Source: Ptychomitrium polyphyllum (lineage: Eukaryota). From it: a stretch of DNA of 64,000 nucleotides. The DNA lies in contig OZ316776.1 in NCBI GenBank assembly GCA_973851085.1, positions 15,934,001-15,998,000 of the forward strand. Direction: 5' to 3'. Of the stretch, positions 1-13,676 are shown piece after piece (position 1 is the first letter of the stretch; every line of letters starts with the position of its first letter). The notes under the pieces were generated by a model. That model did no database searches and was not told where the DNA came from. It worked only from the letters and a program-made list of their open reading frames with translations. Made by a program: the position numbers and the translations under genes.

Positions 1-2327
1 ATGGAGTTAGAATCTCATATTTTGAGCAACAAAACTAATCTAAATATTTATTTTAAAGTGAAACAATGATGTTTGAATATGCACCTCAAACAATTTACCA
101 ATGCCAAGTCAATTTTGTACTCTACAACCACTTAGATGAAATTGGAAGATTTTGAACTTGAATCATTTATACAAAATACAATCTCATCCAAATAGCTCTC
201 ATTCTCACCAATCTCTCAAAATAAATTAGAACTCTTTTTTTCTTTTTTGGGTAAAAAAACATGACACTAAAGAAATTTCATGAAGGACATATACACCATT
301 TATTTCTAGGATTATTATACGTTGTGGATACATAGAATATGTTGTAAATTGAGGTGTGATGTATGACTTTGCTCTCAAACTTCAATACTTGTAGAAGCTT
401 AACCATAGATAGGAATTTTAAAACTCACAAGTAAAGCCTTTGAAGATTAAAGCAATAATAGTGAAGTCACAACCTTATAGGAACTTGTGTTTGTCAAAAA
501 AGGTTCTAGAATGTCATGCCCATAATATCCTTGTCACAGTCCAATGCAGAGAATTTGAAACTCAATAGCAAAGTTGCATCTAAGATGCTTACCATTACAG
601 CCTGCAGGTGGATTTGGCTTCATTGCAAAGCAAGCCTGCACCGTTCAAGGCTCTGAGATTGTAAGAACCTGTACAAGCACATCACTTACCTGATATCATC
701 AACATGATCTGTAGCTTTCAACACTATCTAATGATTTCTAAATGTTGCCTGCAGCAGCATTGTTGATGTTAGTAGTTAACTGCCATTCATTCTGCCACTT
801 AGTCTGCTAGCTTTAATGACCCAGCTCATAGAAAAACGAAATTTTGCACCGCAAACAATTCTTGGTGTGGCAACTCATCTAATGTTCATGTTTGTTATAT
901 TTGTTATATTGAGAGAGAATGCACGTTTTGAGATTCCCGTTTTTAATCTTTGGGGGTTTAAAATGTCACAAATTAAGACACTAAAATGTATCCATTTACT
1001 GAATATGATGTTCTAAGTTAATCTTTGAGGTGTGAGTAATGGTCTCTACATTTGGCTTCAATATGCTTCAGTCCGTTGTTAAATGATCTGGATCTATATT
1101 CTCAATAATTCAAGATTGGTCAGACTGCAAGAAGCTTTTTGCAATGTATCTTACATTGAAATGCCCATATTTCCATCAAACTCAAGTATGATTTTCAACC
1201 ATGAATGAAGTTCATGTAAAATTCAAATGTGTCCAATATTTCGCTATTGATGTAGATTATTCAGATTTAAAAACTGTGATTTTTTAGGAAGGTATTGACT
1301 TCACCTCCTATAAAGAACTGATATCGATTGTTCATTGGATTATCATTTGGACTATTTGTGACACAAAATGGAAAATCTCATGTTAATTGTGGTGAACATT
1401 GTTTATACCAATGCTGCCCAAGGACAATATTTGCATTTGAATCTTACACCTTGTATAGTAGAAAAGTTCTGAAAAGGATTAACCTTAGAGTTGCTGCCCG
1501 GGAGACAAATAGTGTGAACTTTGAAGTACTTATAGTTGAAACCTTGCATTAAAGCGGATTCTGAGCAATTCATCTTCACAATTCTGCATTCGAGTCTGCA
1601 AGCGAATAGGACGGAGAGGAGCTCAAGTTACAAAATTGTCTAGTTCTCCGTAAGTTGCTAGTAGTCCTTGCACAGAGTTTTAGAGTTATCCAGCTCCGCG
1701 TAGCTAACTGTGCGCATTACTGTGATGCTGTGTCTCAACTGCAGATGTTCTGCAGATTGGTGGTTGTGTGCATTCAGTTTTAATACTACTGTAATTATTA
1801 TTGTAGGGTGAAGCTTGCATACTGCACATTGCAGCGGCTGGCGCCAATCTTCAAGGTGGGTTAAGTGGATTACTGCATTTTACTTTATCATAACAGTGGA
1901 GTCTATGTGTTCACAGACAACCTGTAGATAGGTCCATGTTTGACAGTTTCTCTCAAGTTTCACCAAAGAACGTTGAGAATCTTCGATTGGCACCTCGTTC
2001 AAAAAGTTGGCTGGCCATGGCAATCCAGGAGCCCTACTATTTGAAATCAAGAAGTACCGTAAAGGATGACCCTTCATTAATATTTGGTGGTGCTGTCCAT
2101 TTTGCACGTGCAGTTTCAATGCCTTGTCTATTTCATTTCGTACCCGTGACCATTATGAACCTTGACTTATTTCCTAATTAACCACGGGACAGCAGTGGCA
2201 TGATTAAACCTAATCGTGAGCTTGATTCGTGAGCATGCCTGTTGTGTGATACAAAAGGTTGTCCTCAGCATAATCCTCACAGAGTTTTCTCTACGTCCTA
2301 ATAGCAATGAATCATTAGTTTGGCAGA

Positions 2328-2978
2328 ATGGGAATGGCCGCAATGAGGAACACTGGTACTCCTCGCATGGCGCTCCTCGCTTTGGCGCTAACAATGGCGC
2401 TAGTCCATACAACTCCAGCGCAAGCTTCCGACCCTGAGCTTACCACCGACTTCTTCCTCCCGCCCGGCGCAAACAAGAGCACCATCACAGGCGACTACTT
2501 CACAAACGAGAGCCTCCGCAGCAGAGCAGGTCTGTTTGCCCCCGCGAAATTTGCCATCAAGAAGGTCAATTCCGAGACGTTCCCAGCGCTCACAGGCCTC
2601 GGCGTCTCCACGGCGCTGCTGGAGTATCTGCCCGGGGGGATCAACCCTCTCCACACTCACCCCAGGGGCACCGAAGTCCTCACTGTCCTCAAAGGAAAAC
2701 TGACTGTTGGCCTCGTTGACTCCGCCAACAAGCTTTACACTAAGGTGCTCAAGAAATCTGACGTCTTTGTATTTCCCAAGAGTCTGGTGCATTTTCAGAT
2801 CAACTTAGGCAATCACACTGTGCTTGCTTATTCGGCCTTCAGCAGCTCTAACCCCGGGACCATCTCTCTGCCGGGTGACTTGTTCGGCTCCACCATCCCT
2901 GACGTCGTGCTGGAGGCTGCATTCAGGGTTCCCAGGCCCATAATTGACCAGCTCCGGGCACCGTTTGAACATAGATGA
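2328..2978 (+). CDS. Germin-like protein (cupin), secreted, single exon; true start may be one of the downstream Mets (2343 or 2367)
   Basis: Hydrophobic signal peptide (MALLALALTMALVHTTPAQA-SDP), germin box 1 GINPLHTHPRGTE and box 2 FPKSLVHFQINLG, followed by AFSSSNPG. Confidence 0.93.
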   Translation: MGMAAMRNTGTPRMALLALALTMALVHTTPAQASDPELTTDFFLPPGANKSTITGDYFTNESLRSRAGLFAPAKFAIKKVNSETFPALTGLGVSTALLEYLPGGINPLHTHPRGTEVLTVLKGKLTVGLVDSANKLYTKVLKKSDVFVFPKSLVHFQINLGNHTVLAYSAFSSSNPGTISLPGDLFGSTIPDVVLEAAFRVPRPIIDQLRAPFEHR

Positions 2979-5211
2979 TTTCCATTTAGTGTAAAATTTC
3001 CTGTCCTATATTTGGTCAAGGCGTTACTCCGAGTAGCGTCCTCCTAGACAGAGCAGTATTTAGGATTCCACAGGTGATGGTGTGTAGGCATGAGCAGTAC
3101 GAACCATTGTTTTCAATGTACGTATCGCATATAGTATGCAGGATGTCCTTCATTCAACACCTTCTCTACTTTTCTACTTGTTCAATACTTGTTCAAGGTT
3201 TTGACAGTGAATGCTATCTGTCAAACCGGTTTTCTTTCTGTCCGGTGTTTTAGAGGTGCTGAACAGTCCTGTGGGATTTTGAAGACTTGGAACTTTCAGA
3301 CAGGGAAGACAATCAACTAAATTATTTCCTGCCATGCATCTCTTGATTATGTGTGTCATAATTTGGCCACTATTTGATGTACAGTGTTGGACAATCTTGC
3401 TGCTTCTGTTCTCTATTGCCAAGGTTGTAAGTAAGCTAGCTTGAGTAACTTAGCACTGTCCTGGTTTCTTCATCCTCACAATGGTCTGACAGTATTTCGC
3501 ACTTGGCTTTCTTTGAATCATTGACTAAAACTCAATGGTTTAAGGTGGATTCTTCATAGCCATGGATTTAAGCAATTTGGTATTGAAGGAGATCCAAGTT
3601 TGAGATGAACACAACTTCTATGAGTTCTTCATATTTGAAAGATATTTTGCTCTAAGGAAAACACGATTTTCAAATGTACCATGAGTTTTTAGTAAATTGT
3701 TAAATTAGCTTCTTTTTCTTCATTGAAGATTATTTGAAAATATCCCAAAACATTGTTGATTGATTCATTGATTAAAAAGAATAATTATGTGAATTTAGTT
3801 TATAAAACATTTTAAAGAAAAGACACAAAATATCTTCTTTGAAGAAAATCTTTTATTATTAGATTTATTATCTAATGATGAAGGCTAACCTTGAAGCAAA
3901 GAATTTTTTTTCACTTCTTGGCTTCATTCACTTTGTACCACAATGATGCAAAATGAGACAATGAATCAATCTGAGACAATTTTTCATTATAAGGTACTTT
4001 GCAATAGAAATGTTTTGTTAAAAGTAGGTGTAAGTGAAAATGATTATGGATTGAGTGAATTATTAAAGTGGTTCATGTTACTATATATACAAAGGAAAGA
4101 TGATCAATTTTACATTTTTTATCAAATAAGGCAGAGTTTTAAAAAAACTCTGGATTTTGTGACATTTAATTTTTCTAAAAATTTGCTGTTCATTTCCATT
4201 CACACATATGTACAATGAACAAATTATTTTTACAAAGAATACTCTTACAAAAACAGTTTGATTTGTGCTTGTAGGAATATGAGCACTAAGAAAACTATCA
4301 GGAAAGGCAGAAAAGCCAATGGGATGGCACATGAGAGTGACGTCAGAGGGGGGTTGTGCTTCGTCATAATCACCTGAATGAAGGGGGACCATTCTCCATT
4401 TCTTGGACCTGCCACTAATCATCCTGCACTGTACTCGCACGACACCCAACACAAATAAATCAACACGCAACCATTCATTACACGAACCCCACTGCAGTGT
4501 TACGCCCACAGAGTAATGAACCGTCAATGTATCTAAAAATCGACATTGTCTACGATTTTCTAAAACTCACTCCATCGGATGTACAAGTTGAGTAGATGAC
4601 GACGAGAATTGTACATAGTAACGGTTTAACACATTCGCTATTGACCGACACGAGTGCTGAATTCACGCGTGCGATGTATTCCGAAACCCGCTGCTGAATC
4701 TAAAACCGGTATTTTCTAACCGTGCCGTATGCATCAGCTATACAGAGTACGTAGAAAACGTCGGTAGTATGTATAGTGCCGGTCCGTCACCTCATTTGAC
4801 ACAGACGTATTCTAGAGGCTTGTAGATTAAAGTAGTGAAGTGTAGGCGTGTGGTAGATGATGTCCGGTTTGGATACAGCCACGAGAATTCTGAACGTGCG
4901 CAGTATAACCGGATGGTTGAGGCAGACATAACCGGGTTTCGTAATCCCAAGAGTCTAGAGAGCGAGGTTCGTGGATTAGGGCTGGAAGCTCGTAATCCCG
5001 GGAGTTGTAGAGAAGCTTGTGAAGGTGCACTGGATTGGACTTGCGTCGCCGGCAGGCTTTTGCAGATCGACGGCGGTCCCAGGAGGTGGAGCGAATCACG
5101 TCACTGAGTGCAGCAGGGAGACGAGATAGCTCCGAGTCGAAATTTGGCGGAGTTCAGTGCAGGGACGAGGAAGAACGGGTGTTGCGTTGCTCTGCGAGCG
5201 AGCGAGCCGCA

Positions 5212-8200
5212 ATGAGTAGCTGGAATTATGTAGTGACGGCTCACAAGCCTACGAATGTGACGCACTCCTGCGTCGGGTACTTCACCAATCCGCAGGAGCT
5301 CAATCTCATCATCTCGTATCCTTTCATCAATTGTCAGCTCTTTTTACCCTTGGCGGTCTTGAATTTCGATGGTTCGATCTTGTGCGAGTTTCAGTTCTGC
5401 GCGTTCGGTTGTGTTCCGGTTGTATTGAGGTGGAGGAACGAGTTCTGTTGGCTGGAGAGTGGAGTGGAGTGGGATGGAGTGTGTTTTTAGGAAAGTGCTA
5501 GTTCGTTTGGAAGTTTCGGAAATTGTTTTGGACAGCAGGTTTAGGTCACAGTTTTTAGCTCCGATCGTGCAGGCGAATGGTTCTGGTTTCGCAGAGCCGT
5601 CTGTTATTGGTTTGCGTACAATTGTTATACTAAGTTTGGGAGTTTAAAGTATTGCAAGTCTTGAACGAGTGATTTGAAATAAATGTATCTAGTGAGTTCG
5701 GAGGATGCTATGAGGCTGCACAGTTCTATTGAATACATTTTGCACATGAAGGAGTTCGAGTACGTAGCTTATTGATCCTGAGAGAATTGTAGGCTGCCAA
5801 GTAGACGTGATTCTTTGTTTTTCAAGAATTGTAGCCATTCAGGCAGCTCATTTCTCATGGTTAACATTGAAGACGTTGTCAAGAGCGAAAAGAGGGCGCT
5901 ACCAAACCGAGGGGAATTACATGAGAAGAAGCCATTTTCCTACTTCTTCCATTTGTGGCACTAATGATCAGGTTTTGTTGTAGAGTCAGTGTGCAGTGTT
6001 TGTAACTAGATGTAAATTCAAATACGTCAGTATTCACGGCTACTTTCAGCTCTACGTGCCCTTTGATACGGCTATGCTGACCACGTATCTATCAGTGAGA
6101 TCCTTGACTTCCATCTCAGAAAATGCACGCGAATTGAGATTCACCTGCTGACAGCATCAGGGCTCCAGGTAGGGAGATTTTTGGCCCATGAAGATCCTTA
6201 AATTGATTGAAATCGCGATTCATTCTCGTGAGATCCTGTCTTCTTTACAGCAGTTAATGTGTACCTCAGCCTGTTGTTCTTGTTAGACCGATAGTACTCA
6301 TGGGTGCATGAGTGCACCTTACGATTAGATACGCAGGCCTACATTAAGATGGATTTTAATTTGCGTGAAATTTTACGTCTCGAGGAAGTGCATATCACTT
6401 GAAAACACAAATTTGCATTTTCTAAGGATCTGTTGAGACCTCTAAGGGGGCGATGCCTCCTTTTCCTCTAATTTTTTGTAATCGCTCTTGTAAGCATAAG
6501 TTACAGGTACATTCAGCTCTTATGAAAGGGACAAGTGTATTACAAGGTTCTTTGTAGGATTGGATCTCAGTAAGCATCCGCCGTTTTTATTCTACAATAG
6601 AAGCAGCTGATACTTTTTATTTCTTGGATGCAGCCTATGCTCGATGTTCCTATTTATGGCCGAATCGCCACACTCGAGCTTTTCCGCCCTCCTGTGAGTT
6701 GTTGAACTTATAACTACTGCGTGGGAGTTAGAGTAGATTATTCTAATGTACTGGGGATGCACATAGTGTTAAAAACTGTAGCTTTCTAAAGTCTGCGGGG
6801 GAGCTTGTTATGAAGTAATTCATTTTACTTTAAAATACTAAAAGAATTTGATAGGTAACCTGTTAGTATAGTAGGTGGTACGAATGCGTTAAGAATCATT
6901 CAATGATTGTGTGCTTTGGTTACAGGGGGAGTCGCAGGACGTACTATTTGTATCGTTTGAAAGATATAAATTTTGTGTTCTTCAATGGGATGCAGAAACC
7001 AGCTCACTTATCACACGGTAAATATGGATTTTATTATACTACCGGACAATTAAATTGGGCGAGTCACTTGAGTTTTGGACCTTGTGTGCGACATGTCTCA
7101 ATTGCCTTCCTCCTGCTTTCTTCTCTCCTTCTATTTCCTTTTCGTGGAACTTCTGTAGGGTGTCGTTTATCATCAATAATCAATACTTAGCAGGTGATGC
7201 AATGGGTGTAATGCAGAGCAATGGGAGATGTATCTGATCGAATTGGTCGACCCACTGATAATGGACAGGTCTGTATTTCAGCGAATTGAAATCTCTTGTT
7301 ATGTCAAGATGAGGAGGTTCCAGACTTTGAATAGGAAGGGATATTGAGGGTAAAAGTGATAGTATTTTTTCAATATCTGCTCGTTTTTAGTTATCTAATA
7401 GATTAGTAGAAGCTAGGTGTGTTTTATCTTTCCTGTTTAGGAATGAATGTTCGGACTTTTATGGCAGATTGTCTTATTTTGTTCTTATTCCAGATTGGCA
7501 TTGTTGATCCCGACTGCCGCCTTATTGGTCTTCATCTTTACGATGGACTCTTCAAGGTTTGTCTCTTTTCTCAAGTGTCTGATGTGCAAGTGGTAATTTG
7601 CAACATGTACTCATGATAATACGAGCGTTGTCTGATCTGTTGCTTGTTGTGATTACCATATGTCATACTTACTAGAGAAAAGATTGGTATTGTTGGCAGT
7701 AATGAAAGCTACTTTCACTGGTTCTTAGGATGCACCCGGAGCCTAAACCTAGCGAAACGTGTTGCTCATGCTGGATTTCAAATTTAATATAGTTAATGAC
7801 CGGTTGTGCCTACGTTTTCAGGTGATTCCCATCGATAATAAAGGTCAACTGAAAGAAGCTTTCAATATAAGGTTTGTAAAGCGTTGTTGCTGTGTTTCAT
7901 AGATCTCGGCCTGTTGCTGATTCTGCCTATAGGATTAGAAGGTCTGTGATGTGCATCTCCATTCTATTCTTTCTCCTTTGTAAAGTATCTCAGAGTCTCG
8001 AAATTGTTTTTCTTACTTGGTATGATTGACAGGCTGGAGGAGCTGCAAGTACTGGACATTAAGTTTCTTTATGGCTGTGCCAAACCTACCATTGCAGTTC
8101 TTTATCAGGTTGAACCTCGTTTCCTAATGGACTACAGAAAACTTCGAACAACAGCATTGCCTTTGCGGTTTTCTTAATCTACATTTAAGCTTGACTGTAT

Positions 8201-11200
8201 CTAGAACGTTTTCATATTTCGTTCTTCTTAAGCGTAACTATCTGATGATTTTGTTCAGGAGGGATGATTATTGAAAACTGCTGCTTATAGAAATCTGGGT
8301 CTGGCACTTGTTCCTCATCAAGCGTTTCGTCTGTTACTTTCTATTTATTGGGTGCCAGTTAGAACCCGTCACATAGATAAATGGTAACATCACAATCTGC
8401 ATGAGTATTTGTATGAAATTCTAGAAGAGCTGCTTTCTATTTTGTATAACACTAATGTAGTTTTCATGATGTTGTCAACCAGGACAATAAAGATGCAAGA
8501 CATGTCAAGACTTATGAGGTGCAATTGAAAGAGAAAGATTTTGGAGAGGGCCCATGGTTGCAAAATTACCTGGATACTGGTGCAGGCCTGTTGATTCCGG
8601 TTCCACTTCCATTGGGTGGTTGCATCATCATTGGGGAGCAGACTATTGTTTACTACAATGGGTCTGTTTTTAAAGCTGTACCAATCCGACCGGTACACTA
8701 CCTCTTTCATTTCTCTTTTTGGTGTTGCAAACAGTTTCCTGCTAAGAGTCGAGAACCAAGTCTTTCTTTGGCGGACTTGAAGTAGTGAGCTTGATTACTT
8801 AATTGTAGTCGACTCAATGGGAGTTCAAAGTTGGTTTCCAATTCAGCTATAAGATGTGTTTTCAGTATTAAGTTTTTGCGAATACCAATCTGAAAAGAAT
8901 ATTAGCCTTGATGGATACTGACTGTTGGCATTATTGGTGGAGTTATCAGGCAATCACGAAGGTCTATGGAAGAGTAGATAGCGATGGTTCTCGGTACTTG
9001 CTAAGCGATCACAATGGCATGCTATATTTACTTGTTATCTTACATAACAATGAAAGGTCAGTACTTCGTTTTCTCAGATGCATCCTCTCTGTGCCAGACA
9101 CATTGGGGACGTCTGTAGGGTATAATAATCCTAGGAATATTTGCCTCCAGCGGTGTCATCTCTGCAAAAATTTGAGTTATCATTCTCTTTAAGAAAATTT
9201 AGTTTTTTGTCAATATGGTTTCCTCTTTCCTGGTGATTTTATCTCCAGCCACAACATTTATCAAAGGCAAGTTGAAGATTTTTGTGATATTGCGTTCTGT
9301 AATGTATTTCTTATTGATTAAACTCAACCAATGGATGGTGATGTATAGCAGGGTCTCGGCCTTGAATGTAGAGCTACTTGGGGAGACATCGGCAGCATCT
9401 ACTTTGTCCTATCTTGACAATGGGGTTGTCTTTGTTGGTTCCAGCTACGGTGATTCACAGGTACGTTCGTATAAACTTATTTACCGCTTAATAGCGATGA
9501 ACTAGCTTTATCTTCTTTGTTTTTCTAGATTTGTAGAGGAGTATGACTCGACAACACATGTATAATATATTTTTTGCTTTGACACTCGGCTTGGTATTAA
9601 AACTATTGGTACTTGTTGCTGAGCTGCAAAAATGTACCCTATATCGCTTTGATTCTTCGCTGGTACATTTTAATGATTATGATTGTGGCTCATGTGTCTG
9701 TGTAGCTGATCAGATTGAATCAACAACAAGATGCTAAGGGGTTCTATGTCGAAGTCTTGGAGAGCTTTGTGAATTTGGGACCCATTGTAGATCTTTGTGT
9801 TGTGGATCTTGAAAGGCAAGGTCAAGGCCAAGTAGTCACATGCTCAGGTGCTTTTAAAGATGGCTCTCTACGTATAGTACGCAATGGTATCGGCATTAAC
9901 GAGCAGGTCAGTCTTCGTCTCAATGAGCTCAAAGCTGGCCGAGTCAGTTCTATGAGTGCTTAATATACATATTGTATCATATTCATTATCTCTTACTCCA
10001 CTAAATTGTATTTAATCATTAGCTTTTAGTCATTATCGAGTGAATTGAGAATGCATATCATTTCTTTTGCTTCTGGCCTTTCTGTTATTCAGATCATATG
10101 AATTGCATGATCTTATGCATTGAGGCATTTATATGGCGGTTTGTGCAGGCGTCTGCAGAATTGCATGGTATAAAGGGCATGTGGTCTCTGCGAGCATCAT
10201 CAAGTGATGTCTTTGATTCGTTTCTAGTTGTGAGTTTCATACGTGAGACACGTATTTTGGCTATGAATTCTGACGATGAACTCGAAGAAACTGAGATAGA
10301 GGGCTTTGACTCTGAAGTTCAAACTCTCTTTTGTCATAATGCTATCTACAACCAACTTGTACAGGCAAGCACATATGCTATATTTCGGCTTTCTTCTTGC
10401 TGAGCCATATTATCTAGGTACTAGGAACATTGGATTTATTTGGGGTATTAGGAAAGCATTTGTTGTACGCTTTGGATTTGATGTACGTCACAAGTAGGAA
10501 ATTACGGATTCTCATTTCTGAAGGTTTTTCTTAAAATGTTTAGCATATTTCATCCTCATTTAGTACTGTGCAACTGTCATTTCTACCATCATTTTTCTGA
10601 TCAACCAGCATTTTGACTCAGGTCTCAGCACACTCGTTGCGTCTTGTTGATGCAAAGACAAGGAGGCAACTCACAGAGTGGAGAGCCCCAGCCCCAATTT
10701 CAATTAACGTCGCTACTACCAATGCGTCTCAGGTTTGCCATTTCCTGTGAAACTGGGTCTTCCACAGTCTTGAAGCTAGAGCAGAATGTTGGGAATTGAG
10801 TTAATTGACACCTTTTTTCTTTGTTTCTCATTTATGACGTAGTTTATGTTATTGTGATTATGATTGCTGAAGAATGGCAGCATTTAGACTTTTCATTATG
10901 GCTTGCTAAATTGATCGTTCGTATGGATCGACAGGTCATGCTTGCAACAGGAGGTGGCAACCTTGTATATATTGAAATAGGGCAAGGTACATTGGTGGAG
11001 GTGGCACATATACAGCTGGAATATGAAATCTCTTGTTTGGCAATTAATCCCGGTGGGGACGATCCTGAGCGCAGCAATTTGGTAGCAGTCGGTATGTGGA
11101 CGGACGTCAGTGTCCGAATTTTTGCCTTGCCGTCTCTCACCTTGATTACCAAGGAAATGTTGGGTGGAGGGACCATTCCCCGCTCTGTCCTCTTTTGCTC

Positions 11201-13676
11201 TTTCGATGGGGTGAGGCTTTTTTCTTACCATTATTCAGTTTTTTACCTTCAAAGTAAATGCTGGCGGCAGATCTTGTTTTCATGTGGGAAGTTATATTTG
11301 TTAAAGGATTTTCTTAGGGTTTGTTCAGCGGTCTAATTTTCTACCCAATCTGAGAAAGACCCTACTGAGAAGACTGGAGTGATTGATCTGTGTAATCTTG
11401 TTCTTCGGTTGTTAAGCTTTGACATGGCGTTCACGGATATCGATACCTTGCTTATCTGGATCTTGGTTTACAACTGTTTGGGCTCTGGCTCAACTTAAGC
11501 TTCTCAATAAGCACTCCGAATTTGTTTTTTGGTTTTTTCTTTTCTCAAGTGTAAGATTAGGTGCTAACTTAAGTTCTGTGCGGTATGTTCAGATTGTGTA
11601 CTTATTGTGTGCTTTGGGAGATGGATACCTGTTCAACTTCGTGCTGAACCCCTTGACTGGAGAACTTTCTGATAGAAAGAAGATATCTCTAGGCACGCAA
11701 CCTATTGCGTTACGCACTTTTCGATCCAAGAATGCCACACATGTGTTTGCAGCCTCAGATCGTCCGACAGTGATATACAGCAGCAATAAAAAACTTTTGT
11801 ACAGTAATGTCAATCTGAAGGAAGTCAAGCATATGTGCCCATTTAACTCGGCATCATTTCCAGATAGGTTCGTTTATAATCATCTAACAGTGCAATCAAC
11901 ACGGATATGTCCAGCTCAGGACACCTATGACAGAAGGGTGATTCATTCTAGATCAGGTTCTAATGGTGAAGATATGGGACAGCGTTGCAGCATTTGCAAC
12001 ATAGTATCCTTGTGAAACTATTTTTTTGAGAGTCTGGTCATGATTATGTTAGTTTGCTACGTACTCATGACTAACTTATGTGATGTGGTATGTAGTCTTG
12101 CCATCGGGAAGAATGGAGAGCTCACAATTGGTACTATTGATGATATTCAGAAGCTACACATTCGCACAGTTCCACTTGGTGAACATCCCCGCCGTATTAC
12201 TCATCAAGAACAATCTCGTACATTTGCCATATGCTCGGCCAAGTATGCACCGACTGGTTCTAATGGTGAAGATATGGAAACCCATTTTGTTCGGTTGATT
12301 GAAGACCAGACATTTGAGATAGTATCTGGGTTTCCTCTTGACCCGTATGAAAATGGATGCTCTATTATCACTTGTTCCTTCACTGATGATACCAACGTGT
12401 ACTACTGCGTCGGGACGGCCTATGCTCTTCCGGAAGAAAGTGAACCTAGCAAGGTAGGCACTCTTTAGCTAATTGTTTTGCATTTCCCCTTCTGGTTAAG
12501 TCCTGAGCTTGGTTTTTTCCGTCGATCATAGTCTTGGCTTTGGAATTGTTACTTCAGATTTAGCGTCTAAGTATGTAAGTGCAATCTTCTTCATCTCATT
12601 TAGAGATATATTCTGTTGGAACAGGGTCGTATACTTTTTTTTCTTGTGGAGGATGGCAAGCTCCAGCTGGTGGCCGAGAAGGAAGTAAAGGGGGCTGTGT
12701 ACAATTTGAATGCTTTCAATGGAAAGTTGCTTGCAGGTATCAACCAAAAACTTGCTTTGTATAAGTGGACATTACGAGATGATGGAACAAGAGAGCTGCA
12801 GTATGAATCTTCTCACCATGGACATATCTTGGCCTTATATGTTCAATCACGAGGGGATTTTATTGTTGTGGGGGATTTGATGAAATCGATCTCGCTTCTC
12901 ATTTATAAGGTTTGTACCACCATCAAATTTCTGATTATATGAAGTAAATTATTTAATTAAGGCCTTCTGCTTTGGAAGAGTTATTTTTCTCCATTTTGCT
13001 TGAATGTTTTGCATCTTTATTAGTGTCAGTTTTCGAGGAATATCTGCGTCATGTCTAACGCTCGAAAGAGTTCCATTTGTTTTAAACTTGACAGCCTGAA
13101 GAGGGTGCAATTGAGGAGAGAGCTCGAGACTATAATGCGAACTGGATGACAGCTGTTGAAATTTTGGATGATGACACGTATTTGGGAGCGGAAAACAGTT
13201 TCAATCTTTTTACTGTGAGGAAAAACAATGATGCTGCTACAGACGAAGAAAGAGGTCGATTGGAAGTTGTAGGCGAGTACCATCTTGGTGAGTTTGTGAA
13301 CAGGTTTCGACATGGGTCTCTGGTGATGCGACTCCCAGACAGTGAAGCTAGTCAGATTCCAACCATAATCTTTGGTACCGTGAATGGTGTTATAGGAGTC
13401 ATTGCCTCCCTACCACAAGATCAGTTTTTATTCTTGCAGAAGCTACAGCAGGCTTTGGTGAAGGTGATCAAAGGTGTTGGTGGTTTAAGTCATGAGCAAT
13501 GGCGCTCTTTCAACAATGAACGGAAAACTGTAGATGCCCGTAACTTTTTAGATGGCGACCTAATTGAGTCCTTCTTGGATCTTAATAGAAACAAGATGGA
13601 GGAAATTGCCACTCTGCTCGACATTTCTGTTGAAGAGCTTTGCAAGCGTGTAGAGGAGCTTACTAGGTTACATTAA
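5212..13676 (+). CDS. DDB1: DNA damage-binding protein 1 (CUL4 E3 ligase adaptor), multi-exon
   Basis: ATG 5212 gives [25 protein letters not shown]. Exons encode [94 protein letters not shown] and [16 protein letters not shown]. The C-terminus [14 protein letters not shown]...VEELTRLH* ends at 13676. Confidence 0.97.
5316..6119 (+). other. U12-type (minor spliceosome) GT-AG intron 1 of DDB1
   Basis: Donor GTATCCTTT at 5316 and branch point TCCTTGAC at 6101-6108, close to the CAG acceptor at 6119. Splicing joins [14 protein letters not shown] in frame. Confidence 0.85.
10365..10621 (+). other. GC-AG intron in DDB1
   Basis: CAG|GCAAGC donor; joining to the acceptor at 10621 gives [14 protein letters not shown], the expected DDB1 continuation. 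Confidence 0.75.

Noticed and set aside
4081..5107. Short ORFs upstream of DDB1
   Set aside because: No homology cues; they fall in promoter/intergenic sequence.
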